Assembly: GCA_036499375.1 (NCBI GenBank)
Contig: DASYDV010000023.1
Span: 33,075 to 97,074 of the forward strand
From: Candidatus Udaeobacter sp.
GTDB lineage: Bacteria > Verrucomicrobiota > Verrucomicrobiia > Chthoniobacterales > UBA10450
DNA: 64,000 nucleotides
Direction: 5' to 3'
The notes beneath the pieces were generated by a model that was given only the letters and a program-made list of their open reading frames with translations, was not told the DNA's origin and searched no databases. How positions within the stretch are numbered: the first letter of the stretch is position 1; each line of letters begins with the position of its first letter. The translations under genes were made by a program, and so were the position numbers. Below, piece after piece: positions 34,795-44,233 of the stretch.

Positions 34795-35546
34795 GCGATC
34801 TACTGGATTTCACCGGAAAAATTGTGCTCGTCACGGGCAGTTCGCGAGGGATTGGCGCGGAGATGATCAAGGCGTTCGGGCAACGCGGCGCGCAATGCGT
34901 AGTGAATTACGTCGCCGACGCGCAAGGGCAGAACAAGACCGACGCCATGAACGCAGCGGCAGAACTTGGTGAACCGCTCGTAATCGAGTGTGACGTCACG
35001 CAGCCGCAGCAAGTCGAAGCAATGATGCAACAGATACACGAGCAGCGCGGGGGGCTCGATGTTCTGGTGAACAATTCCGGGATCATCAGTGATCGCACCA
35101 TCAAGAAGTTATCGCTGGACGATTTCGAGAGCGTGATCCGCGTTAATCTCATCGGCACCTTCGTGGTCACTCAAAAATCCGCGGCGATCCTGCGCACTGG
35201 CGGCCGGATCATCAACCTTTCATCCGTGAGCGGTCAGATGGGATTATTCGGACAAGCGAATTATTCGTCGAGCAAGGCGGGGATCATTGCGCTCACGAAA
35301 GTTTCTGCGCGCGAGTTTGCGCGCCAGAACATCACCGTAAACGCCATCGCGCCCGGCTTCATCGATGTTGGAATGAGTAAAGGTATGCCGGAGGAAGTGG
35401 CCCAAAATTTCATTAAACAAATCCCGCTGGGTCGTCTCGGAGACGTCAGTGAGATCGTCAACGCGGCCTTGTTCCTGGCGTCGCCGATGGCGAACTACAT
35501 CACCGGTCACGTGCTCAATGTGAACGGCGGATTCTACATGGGGTAA
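34791..35546 (+). CDS. SDR-family oxidoreductase (FabG-like 3-oxoacyl reductase)
   Basis: VLVTGSSRGIGAEM (TGxxxGIG), NNSG, and YSSSKAG (YxxxK). Confidence 0.85.
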   Translation: MSDLLDFTGKIVLVTGSSRGIGAEMIKAFGQRGAQCVVNYVADAQGQNKTDAMNAAAELGEPLVIECDVTQPQQVEAMMQQIHEQRGGLDVLVNNSGIISDRTIKKLSLDDFESVIRVNLIGTFVVTQKSAAILRTGGRIINLSSVSGQMGLFGQANYSSSKAGIIALTKVSAREFARQNITVNAIAPGFIDVGMSKGMPEEVAQNFIKQIPLGRLGDVSEIVNAALFLASPMANYITGHVLNVNGGFYMG

Positions 35547-35582
35547 TCCGGCCTTGTCCGCCGTAGCCTTGGCGAAGGAGAA

Positions 35583-35798
35583 TCAGTCCAACTTCTGCAC
35601 GAGCAACCAGACCAGAGCCGACAGCATCGCTGCGAATACTGATAACACGAGCGTCACGCGCTTGGTCTGCCGTATCTTGAAAGCCGGCTTGGGAATATCG
35701 TCGTGAATCTGGCTGGCCTCGAACAATTTCATCAGGGCAAAAGCGACGACAAAGCCTACGGCAGCCCATTTGAGACATCCCAAAAACATATCGAGCAT
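35583..35798 (-). CDS. small two-TM membrane protein
   Basis: 71 aa with two hydrophobic segments. No family recognised. Confidence 0.35.
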   Translation of the reverse strand: MLDMFLGCLKWAAVGFVVAFALMKLFEASQIHDDIPKPAFKIRQTKRVTLVLSVFAAMLSALVWLLVQKLD

Positions 35799-35930
35799 CC
35801 CGGGCAGACCGTAGCGCAGCCTGGTGCGACCCTCAAGCCCGTTGCTGGCATTGTAACCGCAACGCCTGTCAAGCGATCACAGGAAATGATGGCTACATGG
35901 CGGGACCCTGCGCGATCGAACCGCACAAAA

Positions 35931-36326
35931 TCAATCCGACGTCGAATTCAATTTGGCTGCGATGCTTTGCAGCGCATCGGCCAACGTCCCGAAGGTTGTG
36001 ATTTCGATCTCCGGTGCGTAATGGAATTGCGAAAGAATATTCAGACCAATGTCCTTGTGCGGGTCTGGCATCACACGCGCGACGGCGGCAACGCCTTTCT
36101 CGGTAAGCGTTTCCATGATTTTAGCAAGGTGAGGTGCTGCCCCGGAATCCATCGAGTCGAGCCAGCGGAAATCCACCAGAACGCGGAACCCGGGCGTCAC
36201 ATCGTGCAACAACTCGCGCACCCGCTCCGCGACTGCCTTGACTTGCTGCGGCGTGACGCGTTGTGCGGCGCTGATCACAAGCAGGCGTTTCGACTGATCG
36301 AGATCAACAGCATACATACTTCGCAT
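35931..36326 (-). CDS. STAS/SpoIIAA-like domain protein (tentative)
   Basis: 131 aa. The pattern LLVISAAQRVTPQQVKAVAERV...FRVLVDFRWLDSMDSGAAPHL is reminiscent of STAS_2/DUF3478-type domains. Confidence 0.35.
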   Translation of the reverse strand: MRSMYAVDLDQSKRLLVISAAQRVTPQQVKAVAERVRELLHDVTPGFRVLVDFRWLDSMDSGAAPHLAKIMETLTEKGVAAVARVMPDPHKDIGLNILSQFHYAPEIEITTFGTLADALQSIAAKLNSTSD

Positions 36327-36352
36327 TCGCGTGCGACAGTCCCAGACAGCCG

Positions 36353-37210
36353 CTATGGCGCGTTTTGGAAAAACGCATTTTCAAACGTTGGTTGAAAAGC
36401 GCCGGGGTCTGTGTCGCTGATTTGAAATCGTGGACTGATTTCGGATTGCGTCGCACAATACATTTCCACCTCGATCCTGCCGCACTTCTCCAGCGAGGCG
36501 CGCACCGTAGCCAGCGCAAGAGCCGGTGTATTACAATCCCGGCTCAAGTGTCCGAGTACGACACGCTCGATGTTTCCTGATAATAGTTCCTCGATCACGC
36601 CAGCCGCAGCCGTGTTCGACAAATGGCCGTGGCGCGACTGGATCCGCTGTTTCACCGGCCACGGTCGATGGGCATCGTTCTGCAAAAGTTTTTCGTCGTG
36701 ATTCGTCTCGACCACAAGCGTTCGCACCTGTCGCAACCGTTCGACGATCATCTTGGTCACATAACCAAGGTCGGTGATAAAACCGAGACTGCCTGAGCCC
36801 GCGTGAAACACGAACCCGATCGGGTCCACGGCGTCGTGCGGCACGGGGAATGTTTGCACTGTGATGTCGCAGATAGAAAATTCCGCGCCCGTCGGGAAGA
36901 GCCGCCAATTACGGCATCTCTCTGCGAGACCACTGGACCGAAGCGCCTCAGCGGTGAGCCCGTTACAATAAATCGGCAGATCAAATTTGTGGCAGAGAAC
37001 TTCGAGGCCGCAGATGTGATCGCTGTGTTCGTGTGTAAGAACAACGCCATCGAGCTGCTCAGGAGTTACGCCGCATTGCTCCAGGCGCAACACCACTTGC
37101 CGCGCGCTCAGTCCGCCATCAACAAGGATCTTGCAGTGATCGGTTGCAACCAGCGCACTGTTTCCCGCGCTTCCGCTGCCAAGCATGGTCAAGCTGAACA
37201 CGGGTCCCAA
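36353..37210 (-). CDS. MBL-fold metallo-hydrolase
   Basis: LGSGSAGNS, VLTHEHSDH (HxHxDH), a later VPHDA and HGHLSN. TTG start. Confidence 0.8.
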   Translation of the reverse strand: MGPVFSLTMLGSGSAGNSALVATDHCKILVDGGLSARQVVLRLEQCGVTPEQLDGVVLTHEHSDHICGLEVLCHKFDLPIYCNGLTAEALRSSGLAERCRNWRLFPTGAEFSICDITVQTFPVPHDAVDPIGFVFHAGSGSLGFITDLGYVTKMIVERLRQVRTLVVETNHDEKLLQNDAHRPWPVKQRIQSRHGHLSNTAAAGVIEELLSGNIERVVLGHLSRDCNTPALALATVRASLEKCGRIEVEMYCATQSEISPRFQISDTDPGAFQPTFENAFFQNAP

Positions 37211-37360
37211 GATAGTCGTTTCGTTTCAACTCGCGCAAATGGAAATCGATAAAGGTAATTTCCAGAGCGAGACAATCGCATGTGAGAGTAACAATCATCT
37301 TGCACAGGCCTTGCCTTTTGGTTCAGAATCCGCGTCGCATTCCAAACGAAAGGATCGCTT

Positions 37361-38173
37361 ATGCCAACTGGAGCGTCTCTCCACATCGGTCTCAACGCTG
37401 TCGACCCAAAACAGTACAGCGGCTGGGACGGACAACTTACTGCCTGCGAGTTCGACGCGAACGACATGCAGGCGTTAGCTAAAAAACAACGCTTCACAAA
37501 GGTGACCAAGCGACTGACGAAAGCGGCAACACGCAATCAGATGTTGGCCGATATCAAAGCGGCCGCGGCGAAACTAAAACGGAACGACATTTTCTTTCTC
37601 TCTTATTCGGGCCATGGCGGCCAGGTGCCGAATACCGGGAACGATTTCGAGCCGGACGGGTTTGATGAAACGTGGTGCTTGTACGATGGCGAACTGATCG
37701 ATGACGAGCTTTATGCAGCGCTGAATCAATTCGCCGCGGGTGTGCGAATTTTCGTGCTGTCGGACAGTTGCCATAGCGGCACGGTTCTGCGCGAGGCGCA
37801 TTTCTCGGCCCTCGGCCTGGCTCCCGTCCGTCCCCGGATGATGCCGCGAGACGTTGCGCTGCGCGTTTACATGGATCACCAGAATTTCTACGACAAACTG
37901 CAACAACGCGGCGCCGACCCGCGTACGAAGATGCGCGCCACCGGGGTTTTGATCTCCGGTTGTCAGGACAACCAAACAAGCTCGGACGGCGACCGAAACG
38001 GTTTGTTCACCGAGACGCTGCTTGCTGTTTGGAAAAATGGAAAATTTAAGGGGGATTATCGCGGGTTTCAGAAATCGATCGTGAAACTGATGCCGCCCAC
38101 GCAGACGCCGAATTATTTCACCATCGGACCCGCAAACTACGGTTTCGAAAAACAGAAACCGTTCACGGTTTAA
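37361..38173 (+). CDS. caspase-family (peptidase C14) orthocaspase, stand-alone
   Basis: 270 aa. The p20-like part has FFLSYSGHGG (His85, codon 37613-37615) and FVLSDSCHSG (Cys137, codon 37769-37771). The p10-like part has ISGCQDNQTSSDG. Confidence 0.8.
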   Translation: MPTGASLHIGLNAVDPKQYSGWDGQLTACEFDANDMQALAKKQRFTKVTKRLTKAATRNQMLADIKAAAAKLKRNDIFFLSYSGHGGQVPNTGNDFEPDGFDETWCLYDGELIDDELYAALNQFAAGVRIFVLSDSCHSGTVLREAHFSALGLAPVRPRMMPRDVALRVYMDHQNFYDKLQQRGADPRTKMRATGVLISGCQDNQTSSDGDRNGLFTETLLAVWKNGKFKGDYRGFQKSIVKLMPPTQTPNYFTIGPANYGFEKQKPFTV

Positions 38174-38178
38174 TCGAA

Positions 38179-39993
38179 ATGAAAATTCTCCTGGTTCACG
38201 GAGTCGGCCACCAGGAGCGCCCGGACAATCAGCCATGGGAAGAACCCTGGGAAAAAGCGATCAGCGCCGGCATCCAGTATTTCGATCCTGCCTCTGTGCC
38301 AACGTACGAGCGCTTCGATTACGATAGTTTGTTCTCGGGGAAGATTAATCTTCTCACCGACGTTGGCGCTGCAGCGAACCTCGGGTTCGCGCCCGTCGGA
38401 GCCGCCATCGAAGATGCAGCTCAGACCGTTTCCGGGTGGTTCCGCCCGAGACGGGGCTTATTGGATTTTGCGAAACCCGCCGACGGTTGGCACGCGGGGA
38501 TGGTCGCCGAGTGGGACCAGAACGCACAGTTGCGTGCTGCGTTGCGCAAACGTTTGATCGAGCGAATCGACACGTTCAATCCGGACGTCATCATGGCGCA
38601 TAGTCTGGGGAGCATCATTTGTTACGACGCGTTTTCGAATGAGGACAAAAATGGTTGCGCTGGGCGGTATTTCGTTACGTTCGGCTCACAAATCGCCAAT
38701 CCGTTTCTCAAAGCCGCGCATTTCGGCAACAAGATCGCTGGTGTTAAGCAGAAATACTGGTTTCATCTGTTTAACAAAAGCGATCCGGTCCTTGCTCATC
38801 GGATTGTCGATCCCGTTCCGAACTTTGAGGAAATTTCCTGGGACGACCGTGTCGCCGGTCATGATGCGATAGTCGATTTAGATAAGTTTCCCGGGCACGC
38901 CGGTTATCTCCAACGGGATTTGACGCGGCAAGACGTGTATCGCGTTCTCGCGCAACGACCGGGCGTGCGCGCCCTCGCAAGGCGAAGCACCCAATTCCAG
39001 AGCACGGTGCAAAAACGCCGGCGACGCGCATTACTTATCGGCATCAACGACTATCCCGACCCAAGCTCGCGTCTGGAAGGCTGCGTAAACGACGTCTTTC
39101 TTATGAGCAGCGTTTTGCAGGAAATCGGATTCGACGCGGAAGATATTCGAGTCGTGCTCGACGAGCGCGCCACTGCCGCGGCGATTCGCGAACGGATCGA
39201 CTGGTTGCTGGACGGCACGGCCGATGGTCACGAGCGCGTCCTTTATTATAGCGGCCATGGCGCACAATTGCCCGACTACAACGCGGCGGAACGAATCGAT
39301 CATGTGGATGAATGCCTGGTGCCGTACGATTTTCATTGGACACAGGACAGCGCCATTACCGACGACGATTTTCTGCGGTACTACAGCGCGCTTTCATACA
39401 GCGCGAAGTTTTTCGCCGTCTTCGATTGCTGCCACTCGGGCGGCTTGACCCGGGATGGCGCGAGGAAGATTCGCGCAATCACTCCGCCGGACGATATCCG
39501 GCACCGAATGCTTCGCTGGAACCAAGCGGAACAAATGTGGGAAGAGCGCGACCTGCGGAACCTCAACCCCGATTTCGGTGGTAGCCGCGAGGTTCGCCAA
39601 AAATATATGGGACGCAATGGCAGCACGAAAAAACTCGGCACCGCAATGAGCCTGCGTGAAGAACAAACCGCGACGCAGTATCGAAAGGCGCCACGCGAAC
39701 GTCGCGGCCCGTACATGCCCGTGGTCCTCACGGCGTGTCAGGAGGATGGCTACGCGTATGAATATCACCACGGAACGATCAGCTATGGAGTGTTCACGTA
39801 TGCGCTGGCCAAGGAATTTCGCAAAGCGCAGGCGGCACGCGCGGCCGATCTGTCGTTCAACTCGCTGAGCAAACGCGTGAATGCGACGATGAAGACACTA
39901 CGTTACGATCAAGTCTCTGGCGTCAAAGGACCGAAAGAAACCTGTCGCGCGCCGGTATTGGGATTGCCGCCAAAAAAAGCGCGCTCTCGTTAG
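38179..39993 (+). CDS. alpha/beta-hydrolase (GxSxG esterase/lipase-like) fused to a caspase-family (C14) domain
   Basis: 604 aa, starting 5 nt after the previous stop. N-terminal half: ILLVHGVGH, IMAHSLGS (Ser142, codon 38602-38604), NKSDPV, GHDAI. C-terminal half: ALLIGINDY, LYYSGHGA (His360, codon 39256-39258), AVFDCCHSGG (Cys418, codon 39430-39432), LTACQEDGYA. Confidence 0.8.
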   Translation: MKILLVHGVGHQERPDNQPWEEPWEKAISAGIQYFDPASVPTYERFDYDSLFSGKINLLTDVGAAANLGFAPVGAAIEDAAQTVSGWFRPRRGLLDFAKPADGWHAGMVAEWDQNAQLRAALRKRLIERIDTFNPDVIMAHSLGSIICYDAFSNEDKNGCAGRYFVTFGSQIANPFLKAAHFGNKIAGVKQKYWFHLFNKSDPVLAHRIVDPVPNFEEISWDDRVAGHDAIVDLDKFPGHAGYLQRDLTRQDVYRVLAQRPGVRALARRSTQFQSTVQKRRRRALLIGINDYPDPSSRLEGCVNDVFLMSSVLQEIGFDAEDIRVVLDERATAAAIRERIDWLLDGTADGHERVLYYSGHGAQLPDYNAAERIDHVDECLVPYDFHWTQDSAITDDDFLRYYSALSYSAKFFAVFDCCHSGGLTRDGARKIRAITPPDDIRHRMLRWNQAEQMWEERDLRNLNPDFGGSREVRQKYMGRNGSTKKLGTAMSLREEQTATQYRKAPRERRGPYMPVVLTACQEDGYAYEYHHGTISYGVFTYALAKEFRKAQAARAADLSFNSLSKRVNATMKTLRYDQVSGVKGPKETCRAPVLGLPPKKARSR

Positions 39994-40040
39994 GATGTAA
40001 CCGCCTCGCTGGGCGAGGCTGACCGCGGTCAGGGCCCCGG

Positions 40041-40499
40041 TTACAGGGGTTCTCCCGTTAACGCGTCGACAAATTCCCGAGGCGTTTCCGCGCTTAGCAA
40101 ATTTGAACGGATCGTCTCATTCTGCGTCAGTCGCGCCAGGGTGCCGACAACGATGAGGTAATCGCTGAGCAGCCGTTCGGGAACGCTGATCACGAATATC
40201 AGATGGGCGCGCGGTTGATTTTCGCTGAATGAAATGCCCGCGCGGCTGCGTCCGACCCCGATTACAATTTCATCAACCAAATCGGTGCGCGCGTGTGGAA
40301 ACGCGACGCCGTGTTCGACTACACTCGGGTGTGTCCGTTCGCGGGCGAGCACCTGTTCGAGAAAAGCCTCAGGGTTGGCGATTTTTCCGGTGTGCGCAAC
40401 CAGCTGCACGATCTCGCGAATGGCATTCGCAGGTTTTCGGGAGCGCAACCTGAGGATTACCTGTTGTTCGTGTAGTAGATCTGGAACGGCGATAGGCAT
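40041..40499 (-). CDS. ptsN: PTS EIIA type-2 domain protein (PtsN-like)
   Basis: 152 aa. GVAFPHAR (phosphorylatable His context), IVIGVGRS, and a typical EIIA-2 length. Confidence 0.7.
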   Translation of the reverse strand: MPIAVPDLLHEQQVILRLRSRKPANAIREIVQLVAHTGKIANPEAFLEQVLARERTHPSVVEHGVAFPHARTDLVDEIVIGVGRSRAGISFSENQPRAHLIFVISVPERLLSDYLIVVGTLARLTQNETIRSNLLSAETPREFVDALTGEPL

Positions 40500-40561
40500 T
40501 TTGGGCGGAGAGATTTATTGGATTATGCACCAAACCCAGTTATCCAGTTAAAGAACAAATT

Positions 40562-41281
40562 GTGGCGACTCCAAACACAGCCGTGCCCCAAAAAGAGGAG
40601 CGGACAGTCTCCTTCCAGCGGAGCATTTACGATCCGGGCTATGTCAACGCAATGTCGCATTTCTATCGAGGTGAGATGAGTCGGATCATGGTGTGGCGGC
40701 AACGACTGGATGTCACCACGAACTGGGCCATCACCAGCAGCACTGCCATTATCACAATTGCGTTTTCCACGCGCGAAGTGCCGCACATCATTTTCTTTTT
40801 TAACCTGGCCATTGTTTGGGTTCTGCTCTGGATCGAGGCACGTCGGTACCGTTTTTACGACGCATTCCGCGCGCGCGTCCGCATGCTGGAAGCACATTTT
40901 CTTGTCCCGATGGTCATGGAAAATCGCGACTTGCTTCAGGGCGAATGGAAAAAGCTCGTTTGCGAAGATTTAATTTTGCCCTGTTTCAAGATCACGAAGC
41001 TGGAGGCGATCGGGCGCCGGTTGAAACGCAATTACATTTTCATTTTCATCCTGATCCTGATCGCGTGGCTGACAAAAATCTTTTTGCACGCCACCGCGCC
41101 GATCACCGACATCGTGTCGTTTTATCACGCGCTGCACATCGGTCACATCCCATCATGGTTCGTGGCGTTTATTCTTGTGAGCACATTCGTCATCGTGATT
41201 TCGATCACCATTTACGTCAGCAAACACTCCTCCGGCGAAATCTCCGAGTTCGGCACACACCGCTCGCTCTGGCGCATTTAA
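40562..41281 (+). CDS. DUF2270-like integral membrane protein
   Basis: HFYRGEMSRIMVWRQRLDVTTNWAITSS followed by several TM helices. GTG start. Family assignment is from memory. Confidence 0.5.
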   Translation: MATPNTAVPQKEERTVSFQRSIYDPGYVNAMSHFYRGEMSRIMVWRQRLDVTTNWAITSSTAIITIAFSTREVPHIIFFFNLAIVWVLLWIEARRYRFYDAFRARVRMLEAHFLVPMVMENRDLLQGEWKKLVCEDLILPCFKITKLEAIGRRLKRNYIFIFILILIAWLTKIFLHATAPITDIVSFYHALHIGHIPSWFVAFILVSTFVIVISITIYVSKHSSGEISEFGTHRSLWRI

Positions 41282-41320
41282 GGCGTGCGGTCGTCAAACC
41301 CATCGTGTTACAATGCTGGT

Positions 41321-41716
41321 ATGAGGACTTTAACCAGCTACATCAGCAGATTTCTTCTGATTCTTATCTTCTTGTCTGGAGTCTCCGTTGGCAATGCTGC
41401 GGGTCAGCCGGGTGGTCGTCTGGTTGTCATCAGAACCGCCAACTTCGGCTGGAACCTCGCCGCCAATCTAAAAATCGACGGCCGAACCGTGATGAACATT
41501 GTTCAGGGTCGCCGCTACGACCATTTCATGCCCGCGGGCCGGCATGTCCTGACGATTTCAGCCGTTCCGAATACCGAATTACGTCAGCCAGCCTCGATTA
41601 CCGTCAACGTGCAGCCAGGCCGAACTTATATTTTTACCGCGGGCTGGAATGGGGATCGTGTTTATCTTCGTCCGACCACTTTGTCTCCCGCAGAGATGGC
41701 GAAACTGGGACTTTGA
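41321..41716 (+). CDS. secreted hypothetical protein
   Basis: ATG at 41321. Signal peptide MRTLTSYISRFLLILIFLSGVSVGNAAG. The body looks beta-rich. Confidence 0.4.
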   Translation: MRTLTSYISRFLLILIFLSGVSVGNAAGQPGGRLVVIRTANFGWNLAANLKIDGRTVMNIVQGRRYDHFMPAGRHVLTISAVPNTELRQPASITVNVQPGRTYIFTAGWNGDRVYLRPTTLSPAEMAKLGL

Positions 41717-41722
41717 GAAGCG

Positions 41723-42016
41723 CTATTTAATCTTCGCCAGGATCCCTTCCATCTCATTGCGGCGAAACGCGCGCAATGTCTGGGCTTTCACGTTGCCGAG
41801 TGAGCCCGTCTTGAGTATGAACGCGCTCATCGTTTCGTCATCCGGCGCCTCCAAAACGACAACCGCATCGTAAGCGCCCATCGTCCAATATTCCTCCACG
41901 ATCTTCATTCCCATTTTCTCGGCTTCAGCCATGGCAGCGTCGCCGCGTTTCACTGTGTCTTTGATATTTCGAATCCCCTGGTCTTGAAACTGAATCAAAC
42001 AAACATAACTAGGCAT
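41723..42016 (-). CDS. GYD-domain protein
   Basis: 97 aa. YVCLIQFQDQG...EEYWTMGAYDAVVVLEAPDDETMSAFILKTGSLGNV fits the GYD family pattern. Confidence 0.7.
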   Translation of the reverse strand: MPSYVCLIQFQDQGIRNIKDTVKRGDAAMAEAEKMGMKIVEEYWTMGAYDAVVVLEAPDDETMSAFILKTGSLGNVKAQTLRAFRRNEMEGILAKIK

Positions 42017-42134
42017 AATGTGTTACTCCTTTGATGTAATTGTGGATTGAAATGGTACTGCCAATCCTTGCCTGCGCAAAAAACAGAGGAGATTTGTTCA
42101 TGCCATTTGCTACAACCAGAATAAGACGCTAACA

Positions 42135-42633
42135 ATGGAATCGAGCGAAGCTCTTGGCATTGCTGCGCAGATCGCGGTCGCATTGGCCGGTTTTGCCGGC
42201 GTGGTCGTCGTTTTTCGTCGGGAATCCGTCCATGAATGGTCGGCCGTCGATAAGCTCCGGTTGCGGCTTTTGCTCGGCAATTCCCTCGTGCCGCTGAGCC
42301 TTTCCATGTTAGGAATGTTGTTACTTACGGATCACACGCATTCCGGCCGGAATTTGGCGATGGTGCAGCGTTACCGGCTTTGTGGTTTCTTTGATCTTCG
42401 CCGTTACGATGACTAAAGACTTTCGTCGTTTGGATATGCGACAGATCCAGCGCGAACGCGCCACGCCCTTCGTTTTTTATCTATTCGGAATGTTCGGCAT
42501 AGCAGCAAACATCTTGCAACTGTACAACGCTGCCTTTCTTGGCGCATTCTGGCCGTTCTTTACCGGTATTATCTTCCAGATTATCACCGCGCTGTTTCAG
42601 TTTGCGCGAATGATCCTTCTGCTGCCTGAATGA
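42135..42633 (+). pseudogene. membrane protein paralog of 44763-45263, interrupted by a 1-nt frameshift
   Basis: ORF 42135-42416 (MESSEALGIAAQIAVALAGFAGVVVVFRRESVHEW...MLLLT) and ORF 42382-42633 (...ILQLYNAAFLGAFWPFFTGIIFQ) align with the N- and C-halves of the 44763-45263 protein. The frame changes at the extra g near 42330. Confidence 0.6.
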
Positions 42634-42661
42634 ATCGGCAACACCGAGTCCCGGGATAAAG

Positions 42662-43543
42662 TTACTCGGTTGGTTCGGTGTCGTGAAGGCGACCGTAATC
42701 GACCGTGAGCCTGCCACCGCCGTGCTCTGTATAGATTTCGACGAAACGATGTCCAAAGAGAATATCGCGCCAGGTGTAGTCCTGTTGCGTTTGAACCGCC
42801 GCTGCAATAACGGGATCGACGCCTACTACTGAAACGAAGAAAAGTGCGCGACTGTTTTCCAGCGATTCGGGTGTCGCGCCGTATAACGGACTCGTTTCAT
42901 CGATCACGTGTCGGAGAGTTAACGCTGCCGGGAAAACAGTCAACCGATCGAAATGCAATTTCAGGTCGTAAAAGTATCTGAAATCGCCGCCTTCGATCAA
43001 GGGCTCATCACGAGAAAACATGATCCGAAATTCCGCCTCGACCATGCTGTGATGATTTTCGTTCCCTACGCGCACCATTAGCGTCGGCTTGCCGTTCAAC
43101 GGCGCGATGACAATCGGCCTGCTAAACGCCACTCGCGCAATCGGACGCGAAAATCGGACAAAAATCAGCCCGGTCATGACTGCGAGCAAAAAGAGGCCGC
43201 TCATGATCTCGATGGTGGTAATGATGTGGCCGTAAAGCGTCTGCGGGTACATGTGGCCATAGCCTACGGTGGCCAGTGTTTGTACACTGAAAAAGAAGCA
43301 ATCAAAAAACCTGTGCCCGCCAGTGCTGCCGGCAATACTGCCCTGCTGGAAACTGTAAAGCGCGGCGAAGAGAAGATTCAGGGCGATGTAGAGCGTGGCG
43401 GCGACCGCGGCAAACTGTGGCCAACGTAAACTCAGCAGCCAGCGATAAACATCGCGCCATCGCCACGCATCAGTATTGACTTTAACGAACTCAACCTGGC
43501 CCGAACGAACGGAAACGGGAGTAGGTTTCCCCTTCATGCTCAT
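42662..43543 (-). CDS. inward-rectifier-type K+ channel (KirBac-like)
   Basis: Two TM helices flank FFFSVQTLATVGYGHMYP (TVGYG selectivity filter). An Ig-like cytoplasmic C-terminal domain follows, as in KirBac. Confidence 0.8.
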   Translation of the reverse strand: MSMKGKPTPVSVRSGQVEFVKVNTDAWRWRDVYRWLLSLRWPQFAAVAATLYIALNLLFAALYSFQQGSIAGSTGGHRFFDCFFFSVQTLATVGYGHMYPQTLYGHIITTIEIMSGLFLLAVMTGLIFVRFSRPIARVAFSRPIVIAPLNGKPTLMVRVGNENHHSMVEAEFRIMFSRDEPLIEGGDFRYFYDLKLHFDRLTVFPAALTLRHVIDETSPLYGATPESLENSRALFFVSVVGVDPVIAAAVQTQQDYTWRDILFGHRFVEIYTEHGGGRLTVDYGRLHDTEPTE

Positions 43544-43554
43544 CTAATCTGCAG

Positions 43555-44169
43555 TCACTTCGGCAATTGGTCGATAAACTCGGCGATGGCCTTAAAGATT
43601 TGTCGATTGATATCTTCCTGGGTTTCTCTTGTCGCCTGAAGTTGGCGCACCCGCACACGCAGGGAATGATCGCCGCCGTCGACGACGTGCAAAAAGTTTG
43701 GCGCTTTCATTTCGGCTCGAACCGTCTGCAGAAGATCGAGCGGACATAACGGATCTCGCGCGCCTTGCACAAACAGGATGGGCACAGTCAGCGCGCGCAG
43801 AACTTCGTCGCGGAGTTTTGTACGGTCGCCCATTGCGCAAAGCGGGTACCCGAGACAAACAAGGCCGGCCACCTTTTCCTCGAGCGACACGTGACAGCCT
43901 ACCCGGCCGCCCATGCTCTTGCCGATTAGGACTGTCGAGTCCGGTTGATGTTTCTCTCGGGCGACTTCCAATGCTTTCCGATGCGCCGCGATCAATTGCG
44001 GCAACGAATCGGGTCGTTTCCGTCCTTCGCGCATGTAGTCATAATCGAACGTCTCGACGATACCAATCTCAAATAAACGCTGCTTCCAATTTTGCATCCA
44101 CGGATGCGACGAAGGCGCACCCGCCCCTGGAGTGAAAAGAATTAAACGCCGGCTCATGGGAACAATCAT
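43555..44169 (-). CDS. alpha/beta hydrolase (dienelactone hydrolase/KANL3-like)
   Basis: 204 aa. LILFTPGAGAP, IGKSMGGRV (GxSxG), ARDPLC and GGDHSL. Confidence 0.7.
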   Translation of the reverse strand: MIVPMSRRLILFTPGAGAPSSHPWMQNWKQRLFEIGIVETFDYDYMREGRKRPDSLPQLIAAHRKALEVAREKHQPDSTVLIGKSMGGRVGCHVSLEEKVAGLVCLGYPLCAMGDRTKLRDEVLRALTVPILFVQGARDPLCPLDLLQTVRAEMKAPNFLHVVDGGDHSLRVRVRQLQATRETQEDINRQIFKAIAEFIDQLPK

Positions 44170-44233
44170 AAGCGATCACCGGGATTCACTGGGCGACGAC
44201 GAAACAGCTTTCGAGCTCGCTGCAACGAAATGG

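Noticed and set aside
35703-36395. 230-aa plus-strand ORF.
   Set aside because: It is antisense to the small membrane protein and the STAS-like gene. No motifs were seen, so the minus-strand genes are preferred, although those are themselves only moderately supported.
40816-41730. 304-aa plus-strand ORF.
   Set aside because: It overlaps the DUF2270-like and secreted-protein genes in an alternative frame. The product is Arg/His-rich without motifs, whereas the other frames give clean TM and signal-peptide proteins.
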